Shown here piece after piece: positions 10,106 to 19,697 of a stretch of 64,000 bases of DNA. Location of the stretch: NCBI GenBank assembly GCA_021404905.1, contig QWHN01000001.1, positions 194,162 through 258,161 of the forward strand. The letters are read 5' to 3'. Within the stretch, counting starts at the first letter, position 1. Each line of letters opens with the position of its first letter. The translations under genes were made by a program, and so were the position numbers. The notes beneath the pieces are model-generated. The model was not told where the DNA came from and ran no database searches. It saw nothing but the letters and a program-made list of their open reading frames with translations. Source of the DNA: Candidatus Saccharibacteria bacterium CPR2 (GTDB lineage: Bacteria; Patescibacteriota; Saccharimonadia; Saccharimonadales; QWHN01).

Positions 10106-11032
10106 CTAACGTAGCGGTATTTCTCCGTCACCTTTGAGTATATGTTCTGCCTCGTGGGCGACAGTGCTTACAGTTAGGTCGTCTCTATGTGCTAACGAGT
10201 CAAGTATATCAGTTGCGGCTTTCTCTGTCATTGTGCTTGTGGCTATAGAACTAACTTTCTTTTCTTTTTTTATATTTTGACGGTCAGCATAAGGAGAAAC
10301 TACTTTTTGTTGCATCTTAGGGTATGGGCTAAATAAGGGTGATGTTTCCTCTTGGGTTGGGTAACTTTGCGCCTGGGGGAGCGAGTTGGGCCTAACTGAC
10401 ATGGGGTTTTTGCCAGAGAGCTGTTGCTCTATTTGCTGCCGTGATTTTGCCGCACTTTCATTAATAAGGCTAGACATATTGCTGGCGGCTTGTGTGCTTT
10501 CTATATCCGTAACATCATCACTTACAACCATGCCCACCGGCTGTGGTATTTGGGGAAGTTCATTAATTGCGATCAAACGATCTTCGTCATTTGAACTTGA
10601 AAGCTGCATAACATTTTTTGTCGACCATCCATGCGTATCCATGACAAGAGCCAGGTTTTTTAGCTTGCTCCTGGCTTCGCTTTTACTGAGACTGTTAGGG
10701 TTTATTTTTTCTTTTTTTGGCGCTGTTATGTTAACTAGCTCGACTATTCCATCCTGGCTCCAAGTTTTTTTCCTGGGCAAAAGCCAAAATCGCAAGAGTG
10801 CGGCTAGATATATTTCCACTGGCTGATCTTCTCGTCGAAAAACTGCCAGGAAACCGAAAAATAGCGCGAATGGCAGGGGCAAGGATATAAGTGCGGGGTG
10901 GACTTGGAAAAACACAAAAGTTAAATATCCAAAAAAAACGGCTATTAATGCAAAAATAAACTGCTTGAAAGTCAATGGGCCAACAAGCTTATCTTCAGCC
11001 TCAACATCCTGAATCACCTTATAAGTAGCCAT
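10106..11032 (-). CDS. PrgI-family (VirB3-like) T4SS membrane protein with a long C-terminal extension
   Basis: From Met30 the protein reads MATYKVIQDVEAEDKLVGPLTFKQFIFALIAVFFGYLTF, the PrgI-like pattern, followed by two TM helices. The 29 codons upstream in the ORF track are read through a repeat element and are probably not coding. Confidence 0.65.
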   Translation of the reverse strand: MATYKVIQDVEAEDKLVGPLTFKQFIFALIAVFFGYLTFVFFQVHPALISLPLPFALFFGFLAVFRREDQPVEIYLAALLRFWLLPRKKTWSQDGIVELVNITAPKKEKINPNSLSKSEARSKLKNLALVMDTHGWSTKNVMQLSSSNDEDRLIAINELPQIPQPVGMVVSDDVTDIESTQAASNMSSLINESAAKSRQQIEQQLSGKNPMSVRPNSLPQAQSYPTQEETSPLFSPYPKMQQKVVSPYADRQNIKKEKKVSSIATSTMTEKAATDILDSLAHRDDLTVSTVAHEAEHILKGDGEIPLR

Positions 11033-11190
11033 AAGGATTAGTATATAGTATGGAGTATAGAGTATGAAGTATGAAGTATGGGCGTTGGAAAATAGCAATT
11101 GGGAACTAGCAATTGGCAATTAGAAACTGGAAATTAGTTTTTAAAAATATACTATTTTCTATTTTCTAATTGCTATTTTCCAATTGCTAG
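11033..11190. repeat. Inverted heptamer-array element, copy E1
   Basis: In-phase 7-bp units (agtatga, tagcaat, tgggaac and similar) flank the centre tagtttttaaaaatatacta. The exact 22-mer is at 11142-11163. The element fills the whole intra-operon spacer. Confidence 0.9.
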
Positions 11191-13616
11191 CCCCCGTTCC
11201 CGCCGAACATAGACCTATAGGCATCTATAAATGAGCGCATTTCGCGTACAGCTTCCTGGGCGGATTGGGTATATCCAAGTGGCTGGTTTGTATCTGGGTC
11301 TCTTTCTGTACCAGTCATGGTTCTTTCGGTTGCCTGAACTGCTTTTTCGTAGAGTCCTCTTACTTGCAACCCAAAATCTGAATTTAAGTCAATTCCCTCA
11401 AGGTCGTGACTCTCAATCATGCCACTGGTAGCGTAGCGCCAAAATGATCCGCTTTGCCGCCCAAGCGCGTATGAATCTACGGATCTGTCAACAAACTCTG
11501 TCATACTCTTAAAGCTTTTAACTAGCTTTTGAGGAGGCAAGTTCATAGGAGTGGGAACTGAAGCATCGTGAGCTGGCCTCTGAGCTTTAAAGTAATCGCC
11601 ACGGTCATAAAATTTGTGTTGAAGCTGAGTGTCTTTGTTGTTATACCAAACACCCTCGGCAATTTCGTTTTTAACATCTGGCTCCCATTTGCTGGCACGT
11701 AATCCTTCCCAAACTCGGGTTTGGTCTTCCTCAGTCAGAGATTTACTCATTGCATAATTTAATGCAGCCTGAAGTTTGCCGCGGCTTATGCCATGGCTTT
11801 TTACCTGAGCCATCAGCTCGTCATTATAGAAGTCGCTTTTTGTGGCAAGGCCAGCTTCTTCCCACCTGCCTTCAGCACGATTATAACTTCCCAGCATGGC
11901 AGCGCCATTTCGGGTCATAATGCTTCCGTCGGGGTTATATAAAAAGTGCTTACCCATCTTTAAATAACCCGAATTTGCTGTTCCGCCATCAGCAGTACCA
12001 ATTTTGGTGCCCTTATACCGTCCGCCTCCAGTCATTGCTATTGCGCGCACCACATCATCGTGTCCGGTTCCAATAATCTCGCTTGCCCATTTTTGCCCCT
12101 CGCTCAAATCGTTAATTAAACCAGCGCGGTTATTAATTCCGGGTACTCTGTTCATCAAAGTTCTAACGGGTAAGTAACGACTGTTTGGTATTCCCATAAA
12201 TCTTTTTTCTCCACGCATGGCTCGGCCGATCTCCCTGGATCTGTGAGACCTAACCTTGCTTCTGAGAGAATTTGGATCTCTATGGTCGCCTTTAACTTTA
12301 TCCCCAGCGCCTCTAAGGACATTACCCAGCGCAGCGACACCCGCGCCAGCCCATTTAAACGTTGCGGTCATGAGGAAAAACGGCGCGAAGGTCGCGATAA
12401 AACCTATTGAAGTATCCACAAAATTTGTGTTTTCTCCAGCAATAGCCAAACGGCCCATTAGTTGACCGGCAGAGATAAGCACCACGATTATTGGGTACAT
12501 AAGCAAAGCTTTAAAAAATATACTCCACCAGGTTTTAAAATATTGCTCGGTGTTTGGGAGGATCCACAAAACAAATGCCACCGGCGCGACGACCATTAAT
12601 GAAATAATGATTAGATTTCTGAGGATTAAGACTACAAAAAGAATAATTAGGCCTGTGATTCCAGCCAGGAACAATGCCAAAAAGAAATAATAAAGCGCAT
12701 AGCCAATAGCAATAACACCCGGAATAGCCAAAACATTAGTGAGCATAATGTCAAAGGCTTCATTTCCGCTTATGCCGGTTTCGGTAAATAATTTATTGCC
12801 GTTGTTACTAAAAAGTCCGGAAATTTCAAACTGAGCCATTCCATCCAATGGAGCCATGACTAGCTGGCCCACTCCCGCGCCAAGCGTATTAACCATATTA
12901 ACTGTTAGCGTTACGACCACGAAAGACAGTTGAATAAGAATAGAGCCAATTAAAAGTCGTGGTAGCATTTTTTTAACATTGTATGTTTCAAGGATAGAAC
13001 CCGTTGCCTGGGCGTAAATTATAAACATAAACACGATAATGATGGCCACGTTTGCCAAAACGCGAAAACCATTCCAGACTTTTTCCAAAGAGTCTCCATA
13101 TTTGTCTAGGTCAAGTTCAAGCAAATTAAAAACGACATTTTCCATCAACCACCTCATGGCGCTGTAAATTGGGCGCAAGACGGCGCACAGTAGCCAGCCC
13201 ACCGGACCGGCATTGCTTTCACAAGTACTCTCTTGCGGTTTGTTATCTGTGCTTAAAACCTCCGTATTTGAAATTGAAATTGTTTGAGGCGGACCGATTG
13301 CGATGCAGGGTTGCCCGTCTCGATACACATAGAGCGCTCCAGAAGCGGGGTTGTTTGCTGATATAACAATTTCGTTCGGGCAGGTCACACCAGACTGTGA
13401 GCGAAATTTTTGTCTGTCGTCGCTGGTTTGTTTATATTTTTCGTTACCCCAAATGATGGTTTGTGAGTCCGCCCACCTCGGGCTTGAATTGTTTTGAGCG
13501 CTAACGGGACCAGAAAAAAGAAAGGTGTTTAAAATTGCAAAAACAAAGAACGCAGACAAAACTGTGCCGGAAAACTTGCTGAATTTACCCCATTTTTTCG
13601 GGGCGGCAATTTTCAT
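11187..13616 (-). CDS. VirB6/TrbL-like polytopic T4SS membrane protein, paralog B
   Basis: 809 aa with a signal peptide, a small Cys-containing ectodomain, about 6-7 TM helices and a C-terminal tail of about 350 aa. It shares the blocks WNGFRVLANV and KKMLPRLLIGSILIQLSF with the 15552-18482 protein. Confidence 0.65.
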   Translation of the reverse strand: MKIAAPKKWGKFSKFSGTVLSAFFVFAILNTFLFSGPVSAQNNSSPRWADSQTIIWGNEKYKQTSDDRQKFRSQSGVTCPNEIVISANNPASGALYVYRDGQPCIAIGPPQTISISNTEVLSTDNKPQESTCESNAGPVGWLLCAVLRPIYSAMRWLMENVVFNLLELDLDKYGDSLEKVWNGFRVLANVAIIIVFMFIIYAQATGSILETYNVKKMLPRLLIGSILIQLSFVVVTLTVNMVNTLGAGVGQLVMAPLDGMAQFEISGLFSNNGNKLFTETGISGNEAFDIMLTNVLAIPGVIAIGYALYYFFLALFLAGITGLIILFVVLILRNLIIISLMVVAPVAFVLWILPNTEQYFKTWWSIFFKALLMYPIIVVLISAGQLMGRLAIAGENTNFVDTSIGFIATFAPFFLMTATFKWAGAGVAALGNVLRGAGDKVKGDHRDPNSLRSKVRSHRSREIGRAMRGEKRFMGIPNSRYLPVRTLMNRVPGINNRAGLINDLSEGQKWASEIIGTGHDDVVRAIAMTGGGRYKGTKIGTADGGTANSGYLKMGKHFLYNPDGSIMTRNGAAMLGSYNRAEGRWEEAGLATKSDFYNDELMAQVKSHGISRGKLQAALNYAMSKSLTEEDQTRVWEGLRASKWEPDVKNEIAEGVWYNNKDTQLQHKFYDRGDYFKAQRPAHDASVPTPMNLPPQKLVKSFKSMTEFVDRSVDSYALGRQSGSFWRYATSGMIESHDLEGIDLNSDFGLQVRGLYEKAVQATERTMTGTERDPDTNQPLGYTQSAQEAVREMRSFIDAYRSMFGGNGG

Positions 13617-13636
13617 TTTTCCATATTTCTCCGTTG

Positions 13637-14242
13637 TTATTCACCTAAAAGGCGATTTATTTCGTCCTCAATTCTTTGTTCTTCTTCTGGAGTTAGGCAA
13701 CCGTTTTCTACGTCAAAGTCGAGCATCAATGAGGCAGTATTAGTTAGATTTTCCCTTTTTCTTGAGTCTTCAGTAACTTTCGCTTCATCTATAACGTTGC
13801 TAACTTGCCCCTCCGCGTCGTGGCAGATCGCGTCATTTTCCGGCGCGGTCACTTGGCTTTTATCGATTTCGTTGCCGTTAACGCCGGTGACAGTATCCTC
13901 TTGTTTGTCATTATCGTCAGTGCAAGCTCTCAGACCACTGAAAAGCACTAATGCGCCAGCGACAGCCACCGCACCGATCTTCACTCTCTTTTTTGTGTAA
14001 GCTATTTGCTTTTCTTTTTCTTCCTTTGCTTGTTGCTCATCTTTCTTCTTTTTCTCTACTGCGATAGCATACTCAATAGCCTCTTTATCAAGCTTAGCGG
14101 GGTCAACTTCGGCGTTGCGTGGGTCTCTTACCACCTCTCTATAGGCATCGCTATCTCTGAGTTCTTTTAGGCGAGCCTTTCGAGCTTTTTCTACAGCGTC
14201 TCTCGCGTCTTTATCTGGATCATGATTTGCTTTTTCAGCCAT
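13637..14242 (-). CDS. Hypothetical single-pass membrane protein with a K/E-rich N-terminus
   Basis: 201 aa with an AAGGAA RBS and one TM helix (IGAVAVAGALVLFSGL). I recognised no motif. Confidence 0.5.
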   Translation of the reverse strand: MAEKANHDPDKDARDAVEKARKARLKELRDSDAYREVVRDPRNAEVDPAKLDKEAIEYAIAVEKKKKDEQQAKEEKEKQIAYTKKRVKIGAVAVAGALVLFSGLRACTDDNDKQEDTVTGVNGNEIDKSQVTAPENDAICHDAEGQVSNVIDEAKVTEDSRKRENLTNTASLMLDFDVENGCLTPEEEQRIEDEINRLLGE

Positions 14243-14486
14243 TTTTTCGTTCCTTATTTAAACTACTAAATATCTTAGGAGCATGCGAAATAAATCGAGC
14301 GAAGTCTTGGCTAAAGACAAGTCTTTGCGATCAATCTCACAAGCCGGCACAAGTAAACCAACCCCCAGAGGTCGAACACATATATTTCTATCACAAAACA
14401 GAGGTAAAGTCAAACGACTATCTATAATTCGCTGAAGACACCCAAAACAATACTAGGGCAGCATAATCACTAGTCCAACCCAGAGT

Positions 14487-15452
14487 TTATCTGCTGTAGC
14501 CTGTTTCGTCTGTGTTGTGAGGAGGATGTGAGGAATATACTAAACGGGGCTTGTTTTTTCTGCGATGGTTTGCAACTTCTGTTTTTGTTATTCTGGTCGC
14601 AACTTCCTGATTGTGTTTTTCTTGAATCGGTATGTCGTCGCCTCTATGTCTTTCATTCGGGGTTTTTGATCGAATGGTAACATCAACAGGACTAATGCCG
14701 ACGAAACCTTCCTGTTTTGTCCAGAGTGGCTCACCCATGCGTCTTCCACGTGCCAAAACAGTTGTTTTCACTAAAGCTCTTTCGGTTTTCTCTCTTCGTT
14801 TTCTGGCTCTTTTTTGTACAAAATCTTCCCCAGTAGTTATCCAAGTGCGAGTAGCTTGATCCTTTGCCTTTTTAAGTTCTCTGTGGGATATTTCACCTTT
14901 TCTGAATTTTTCTCTTGCAGATTTTGTTATTGCTCGTCGAGCTTTCCAAGTCTCAATTCTTTTTACGGGGCCACTTTTTTCGGATCGGCCGACATTTGCC
15001 CACCTTTCGTATTCTTTTGCTTTTGCGAGTTTCTCGGTATCTTTCTCTAATCTTCTGTGTGCTCGTTGTTGATACCGTGTCTCGGGCGCAAGGGTGAGCT
15101 CGGGGTAGTCATTGTCAGTAAGCTTACTCTCAACCCTTGAACGGGCAACATAAAGGAGGTTATCAAAATATTCTTTGTCTTGCTGCGCTTTCTCGGGGTC
15201 AGAGGGGCTAGTTAGCCATTTACCAACTTTCTTGGCGCCGTTTATGGCTCTGTCTATTGCAACCTGGCCTAAAAACTTTTTTTCTTGTTCTTGAAAACTA
15301 TCATTCATTATGTCGGTCATTGGTTCGGTAGCAGGGTCTTGACCAATTTCATTTAACAGAAGCATAGTTGGGCTATGCTCAAGTCCTTGGGGGTTGGTAT
15401 TTTGAGATTCTATTGTCTCTGGGTTGGTAAGTTGTTCTTGACTGTGTGGCAT
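14487..15452 (-). CDS. Hypothetical highly basic (K/R-rich) soluble protein
   Basis: 321-aa ORF inside the T4SS-like operon, with no TM segment and no recognisable motif. Confidence 0.45.
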   Translation of the reverse strand: MPHSQEQLTNPETIESQNTNPQGLEHSPTMLLLNEIGQDPATEPMTDIMNDSFQEQEKKFLGQVAIDRAINGAKKVGKWLTSPSDPEKAQQDKEYFDNLLYVARSRVESKLTDNDYPELTLAPETRYQQRAHRRLEKDTEKLAKAKEYERWANVGRSEKSGPVKRIETWKARRAITKSAREKFRKGEISHRELKKAKDQATRTWITTGEDFVQKRARKRREKTERALVKTTVLARGRRMGEPLWTKQEGFVGISPVDVTIRSKTPNERHRGDDIPIQEKHNQEVATRITKTEVANHRRKNKPRLVYSSHPPHNTDETGYSR

Positions 15453-15551
15453 TTTTGTTTTTGGTTAGTTTAACAACATAATAGCATATTATTGCGCTAA
15501 AGGCAATATTAAGTTTCAGCCAGAGTTTAGGAGTATAAAAACCATCGTTAT

Positions 15552-18482
15552 TTATCGAGGGGGGCCCTGCTGCCCTTCTTCTCCGCCCCGGTTTTGTATT
15601 TCCTCTAATTCATCTTTTCTTAAATCACTTCGATCTATAAGCTCTGGCAGGCCCAGCAATCCAGGCCCGTGAATTTCTTCCGCTGTCTTCTTTATGGCAG
15701 CGATTTCTTGTTTCCCCTTAAGGTTTGCATTTGAGTATACTCCCTCCAAGACAGATCTCCACTGCTTTTCTCCTTCTATATCGCCACTTGACCTTGCTTT
15801 TAGATATGTCTCGCCCATTTCCTTGAAAGACTGTGGTTTCAGCTGTCCAAGTTGGTACTCGGATAGTTTCGCAAAACCTGTTTCTGGACTGTATCCTGTT
15901 CCATTGTTAATTCCTCCGAGGTGAGCTAAACCAGCATTTTTGGCGTTATATTGACCTTGATTCATAAGGTTGGAGTACATTCCATCATCACCACCAGATA
16001 TGCTTCGCGCAGTTCTGGCAAGCTGATTATACCCACCCTCGCCATCCTCAAAATTGTAACCAGATCTTGTCCACATATCATACGCTTGTCGTCTGGCACC
16101 TGCATTACCATATCCTACGCGGGCAGCTGATGCATGGGCTTGTTCCCATATTGCTCGCGAACCCTCGCCATCCTTTTTTATATAATCTTCCATTAATCTT
16201 TTGGCATGACTTGCATTTTCAGCTTGGGCCAGAAGAGCAGCTGCTTTATCGTTGGTCGCTATGGCTTTCATAGCTTCAGTTTCTGCTGACAGAGCTGCTC
16301 TTCTCATTTGCCCTGTTTCCATTGAGGCGCTAATACCCCTTTTGCCTCTCAGCCAACCCTTTGGTCCTGCTGCCAATACACCAACACCCTGACCAAATCT
16401 TTTTCCAATAGCTGTATTACCACCCATAAATCTTGGAAGCTGCCCAGCTTTAATATTAGCACCAGCCATTGCGCGTCGTTCTGCTGACTTTGCCTGGGCG
16501 CGTTTTTTGGCGCCAGCCGACAGCCCGCCACCCATTTTGCTGGCAAATCCTCCGATAGTTGCGATAGCGCCCCCTGCGAATTTGAAAGTAAAGGGAATTA
16601 AGAAAGCAGGCCCGAAAAATAATACTACCGCTACAATCGCGTCGAGGGCGCCTTTGGTATTATCGCTACTAACTGGGCTTGCTCCGGCACCAGTACTGTC
16701 TGAAACCGCCTGGAGTTTGCTAGCCCCTAGAATTTTTCCCATTGTAAGAAATGCTACTATTAGAGGGTACATCATCAAAACTTTCATAAATAAGCTGCTC
16801 CACATTCTGGCAAATCTGTCCGCACTTGGAATCGCCCAAAGCGCTAATGCTACGGGAGATGTTACCACTAGTAAGTATAATATGGATTCTCTAAAGACTA
16901 TGGTAATTATTGCCGCGAAAACAGCGAAAAACGCTGCTATGGCCAAACCAAGCAATGAGATTCCCCCAAAAACAACGCCTATAACTCCAGCCATCAATCC
17001 AGCGAACAACCCAACCTCTCCACCAGCGCTTAAAGATTTTAGGTCAATGTTTAAATTATCTATGCCTCCCCACGGCGCAGCCATAAGACTCTCAATGCCA
17101 CTGCCTAAAACGTTTGTGATATTCACAGCCAAAATACACAAAAAGAAGGAAAGTTGAATAAGAATCGCTGCGATTACCAGGCGCGGTAGCATTTTTTTAA
17201 TAGTATACGCGTCTATAAAGGATGTGGCTTGGCCGAAAATAGCTGCCAAGAAAGCTACTACAAAAATAACATTTGCTAATATCCTAAAGCCATTCCATAC
17301 TTCTTTAACTTTTGGCGCCTCGTCCGCATTGTCCAGACTAAATTCAAGCCGCTCCAGAACTACTTCGTTAATAAAATAATCTACTAATCTGTCCACCAAA
17401 TTTAGAACCGGGCAAAGAACCCAGGACATAGGGCTATTTAAATGAACCTCACAGGTAGGTTTTGCTTCTTCTGGATTTTTCCCACCGGAATCTTGTGAAG
17501 GCAGATCATTTACTCCTGTATCAGTACCGCTGAAACAAGTGGAACTATTAGTTTCCGAAAAGCATTTTGCTTGTTCATCATAAATTATTTTTATAAAACC
17601 ATTGATATACTCATTTTTTTTCTCGGCATAACTAGCGCAACCTACACCTATTAACATCTGATCATCTAATTTCTCGATAGTACCATCTTTGCTATAAGTT
17701 ACGATTTCATTAGTTACAACATTATTTTCTACAGATACAGCAAAGTTTGCCCCGTCTTTTACAACAATAGTTTTGTATGTGCCTCTGCTGTCATTCCCGT
17801 TATCATCACCCGAACCAGCAAACTCTGCACTGTTTTTGTAATATTTGCCCCCGCAAATTTCGGAACGCTTAAATATTTCATCATAGTAGTAGTAGTTTGC
17901 TGCATCGGTCATCTGTGCTTCTAGCTTTTTATCAACTCCTAATACTGAATAATCGGTTCCAGATACTTTTTTAGACAACAGTTTGGTTTCAAGTGCCTTA
18001 TCCAATTCACTTCTACTTTTGAATTTAGAAGGACATGTACCGTCTTTACAATTCTCGTGAGGCCATATGAAATCTATAAATTCATAGTGGCTATTAAACC
18101 CCAGATTCTTCAACAATGAACCAGTATTGCCTGCATCGCTACAACCAATCCGGCCATTTGAATCAGACTCTTTAAACAATAGGCCCAAACTTACAGTATC
18201 CTCTTTCCAAATTCCGCCACTATCGTTGTAGTCGAAGTCTTTTATGTCACGAATTTGAGATGACCCGATAGGATCCACGCAGAAGAAAATTGTTTTATAA
18301 GATTTGTATGTAAGATATTCCCAACGGGCAACATTTTTCATATTCTCATAGGGGTTTCCCTCATAAGCGTATACAGCTTCAGGTGCTAATACGGTGAACA
18401 TAAAGTACATAACAAAAAAAAGTGCAAAAAACACAGATCCAATACTAACTGTGCTGTTTTTCTTTGTCATATAGACTCTCAT
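15552..18482 (-). CDS. VirB6/TrbL-like polytopic T4SS membrane protein, paralog A, with a large Cys-rich ectodomain
   Basis: 976 aa. An extracytoplasmic region of about 340 aa contains many Cys residues, followed by a TM core and a long Gly/Ala-rich C-terminal tail. Blocks shared with paralog B include TCEVHLNSPMSWVLCPVL, WNGFRILANV and KKMLPRLVIAAILIQLSF. Confidence 0.65.
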   Translation of the reverse strand: MRVYMTKKNSTVSIGSVFFALFFVMYFMFTVLAPEAVYAYEGNPYENMKNVARWEYLTYKSYKTIFFCVDPIGSSQIRDIKDFDYNDSGGIWKEDTVSLGLLFKESDSNGRIGCSDAGNTGSLLKNLGFNSHYEFIDFIWPHENCKDGTCPSKFKSRSELDKALETKLLSKKVSGTDYSVLGVDKKLEAQMTDAANYYYYDEIFKRSEICGGKYYKNSAEFAGSGDDNGNDSRGTYKTIVVKDGANFAVSVENNVVTNEIVTYSKDGTIEKLDDQMLIGVGCASYAEKKNEYINGFIKIIYDEQAKCFSETNSSTCFSGTDTGVNDLPSQDSGGKNPEEAKPTCEVHLNSPMSWVLCPVLNLVDRLVDYFINEVVLERLEFSLDNADEAPKVKEVWNGFRILANVIFVVAFLAAIFGQATSFIDAYTIKKMLPRLVIAAILIQLSFFLCILAVNITNVLGSGIESLMAAPWGGIDNLNIDLKSLSAGGEVGLFAGLMAGVIGVVFGGISLLGLAIAAFFAVFAAIITIVFRESILYLLVVTSPVALALWAIPSADRFARMWSSLFMKVLMMYPLIVAFLTMGKILGASKLQAVSDSTGAGASPVSSDNTKGALDAIVAVVLFFGPAFLIPFTFKFAGGAIATIGGFASKMGGGLSAGAKKRAQAKSAERRAMAGANIKAGQLPRFMGGNTAIGKRFGQGVGVLAAGPKGWLRGKRGISASMETGQMRRAALSAETEAMKAIATNDKAAALLAQAENASHAKRLMEDYIKKDGEGSRAIWEQAHASAARVGYGNAGARRQAYDMWTRSGYNFEDGEGGYNQLARTARSISGGDDGMYSNLMNQGQYNAKNAGLAHLGGINNGTGYSPETGFAKLSEYQLGQLKPQSFKEMGETYLKARSSGDIEGEKQWRSVLEGVYSNANLKGKQEIAAIKKTAEEIHGPGLLGLPELIDRSDLRKDELEEIQNRGGEEGQQGPPR

Positions 18483-18615
18483 TCAGAATATTTCTGAATT
18501 GATATTACCAAATACACGCTTATGGTAAAAGTCTAGAATGAGTTACAAAGCAGACAACACCAATCAGACACTGAGCCGTAGGGAACTCAAGTAAACAAGT
18601 TGAATTAAGCTTTCT

Positions 18616-19605
18616 TTACTCGTTGTGGTACGAATATGTATCGTCGACAAGATCGCGTCCAGCAGTTTTCTTCCAATTTCCGTTTTCGTCGCGCATCAAA
18701 GTTTCTGTACTAACCGAATCACTCACAACACGCCCCTCGTCTGGAAGTGATTCGTGATATTGCCGTCTTTCATAATTTGCTGTATATATCAACACTCCCT
18801 CTTCTAAATCAATCTTATCGATGGTTATGTTAAACGTTTTGTCGACGACTCTATATCCCTCATTTGGGTGCTCCTTTAAGAACTGGACATTTTTCAAAGC
18901 ATCTGCGTATCTTCTTTCAAAATCTTGTTGATTGATCTGATAACCCATATCGTGCGTGTAGGTAAAAAACTGTTGATTTGCGGTCATTGCGAAATTAGTA
19001 TCAGCTTCATCTAGTTGCATTATAATGTCATAAGGATCACTTCCTTTTATGTAGTCTGGCTCTGGAGAGTCAATTTCCTGTAATTCTGGGTCGTTAATAC
19101 TTTCCTCTGGTTGCGTAGTGGTTGTTTCTGGAATAGTAGTGCTTGGGCTTACAGTTCTCTCAACGGCTTTGTCTTTGCTATTTACTGCGGATTTGTCAGA
19201 GTCATTGCTTTTTCCGAGAAACCATCCTAACCCAACAGCACCGGCCAGCGCTGCTCCGGCCGTACCAACTGCGATTGCCGCAAGTGGGCCTTTTCTGGTT
19301 TTGCGATCGTTTTGGTAATGTGGACTCAAAATCTCGCCAGGGCTTGAAGGGTGTTCCTCGGTGTATATATTACTATCTGCTTCAGGTTCAACCAATGTTG
19401 CTGTGGCTTCTACACCTGGATTATTACCAAATTCAACCGTACCCGTGCCGTTGTCATTAGAATTTACGGCCCAAGCCTCACTTTCCGCTTGATTTCCCAG
19501 CGGATATCCATTATCTTTTATTCTTGTGTCTGCTCCAGGGATTTGAATTGCTTGATCGGCGTTTTCTTCATTACCTAGAGGAGGCACGTTTAAGTTTGAT
19601 TCCAT
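18616..19605 (-). CDS. Bitopic membrane protein; VirB8-like role is possible from topology only
   Basis: I chose the start at Met8 because it has an AAGGAAG RBS. The protein has an acidic N-terminus, one TM helix (LAAIAVGTAGAALAGAVGLGWFL) and a C-terminal globular domain of about 150 aa. It is the first gene of the operon. Confidence 0.4.
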   Translation of the reverse strand: MESNLNVPPLGNEENADQAIQIPGADTRIKDNGYPLGNQAESEAWAVNSNDNGTGTVEFGNNPGVEATATLVEPEADSNIYTEEHPSSPGEILSPHYQNDRKTRKGPLAAIAVGTAGAALAGAVGLGWFLGKSNDSDKSAVNSKDKAVERTVSPSTTIPETTTTQPEESINDPELQEIDSPEPDYIKGSDPYDIIMQLDEADTNFAMTANQQFFTYTHDMGYQINQQDFERRYADALKNVQFLKEHPNEGYRVVDKTFNITIDKIDLEEGVLIYTANYERRQYHESLPDEGRVVSDSVSTETLMRDENGNWKKTAGRDLVDDTYSYHNE

Positions 19606-19670
19606 TAAACATCTTCCTTTTTTCAATGCGCTTTAATTATACCATATTAATGCTTAAAATCCAATACCAA

Positions 19671-19697
19671 AATGCGTGGATTTATCCATAGCGCATT
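19671..19697. promoter_or_regulatory. Imperfect 27-bp palindrome in the divergent control region between the T4SS operon and the pilin array
   Basis: The sequence aatgcgTGGATttATCCAtagcgcatt has inner arms TGGAT/ATCCA and outer arms aatgcg/cgcatt. It sits in the 125-bp divergent gap. Confidence 0.3.

Noticed and set aside
16507-17157. Long antisense ORFs inside large genes: 216 aa at 16507-17157, 146 aa at 10386-10826, 129 aa at 41300-41689, and 120 aa at 25600-25962.
   Set aside because: Each lies entirely within a well-supported gene on the opposite strand. They have low-complexity or odd composition and no RBS. They are typical shadow ORFs.
18482-18498. The palindrome TTCAGAAtatTTCTGAA abutting the start codon of VirB6-like paralog A, considered as a possible operator.
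   Set aside because: It is a single AT-rich 7-bp-arm palindrome with no second copy seen in the window. The evidence is too weak to call regulatory, so I only note it.
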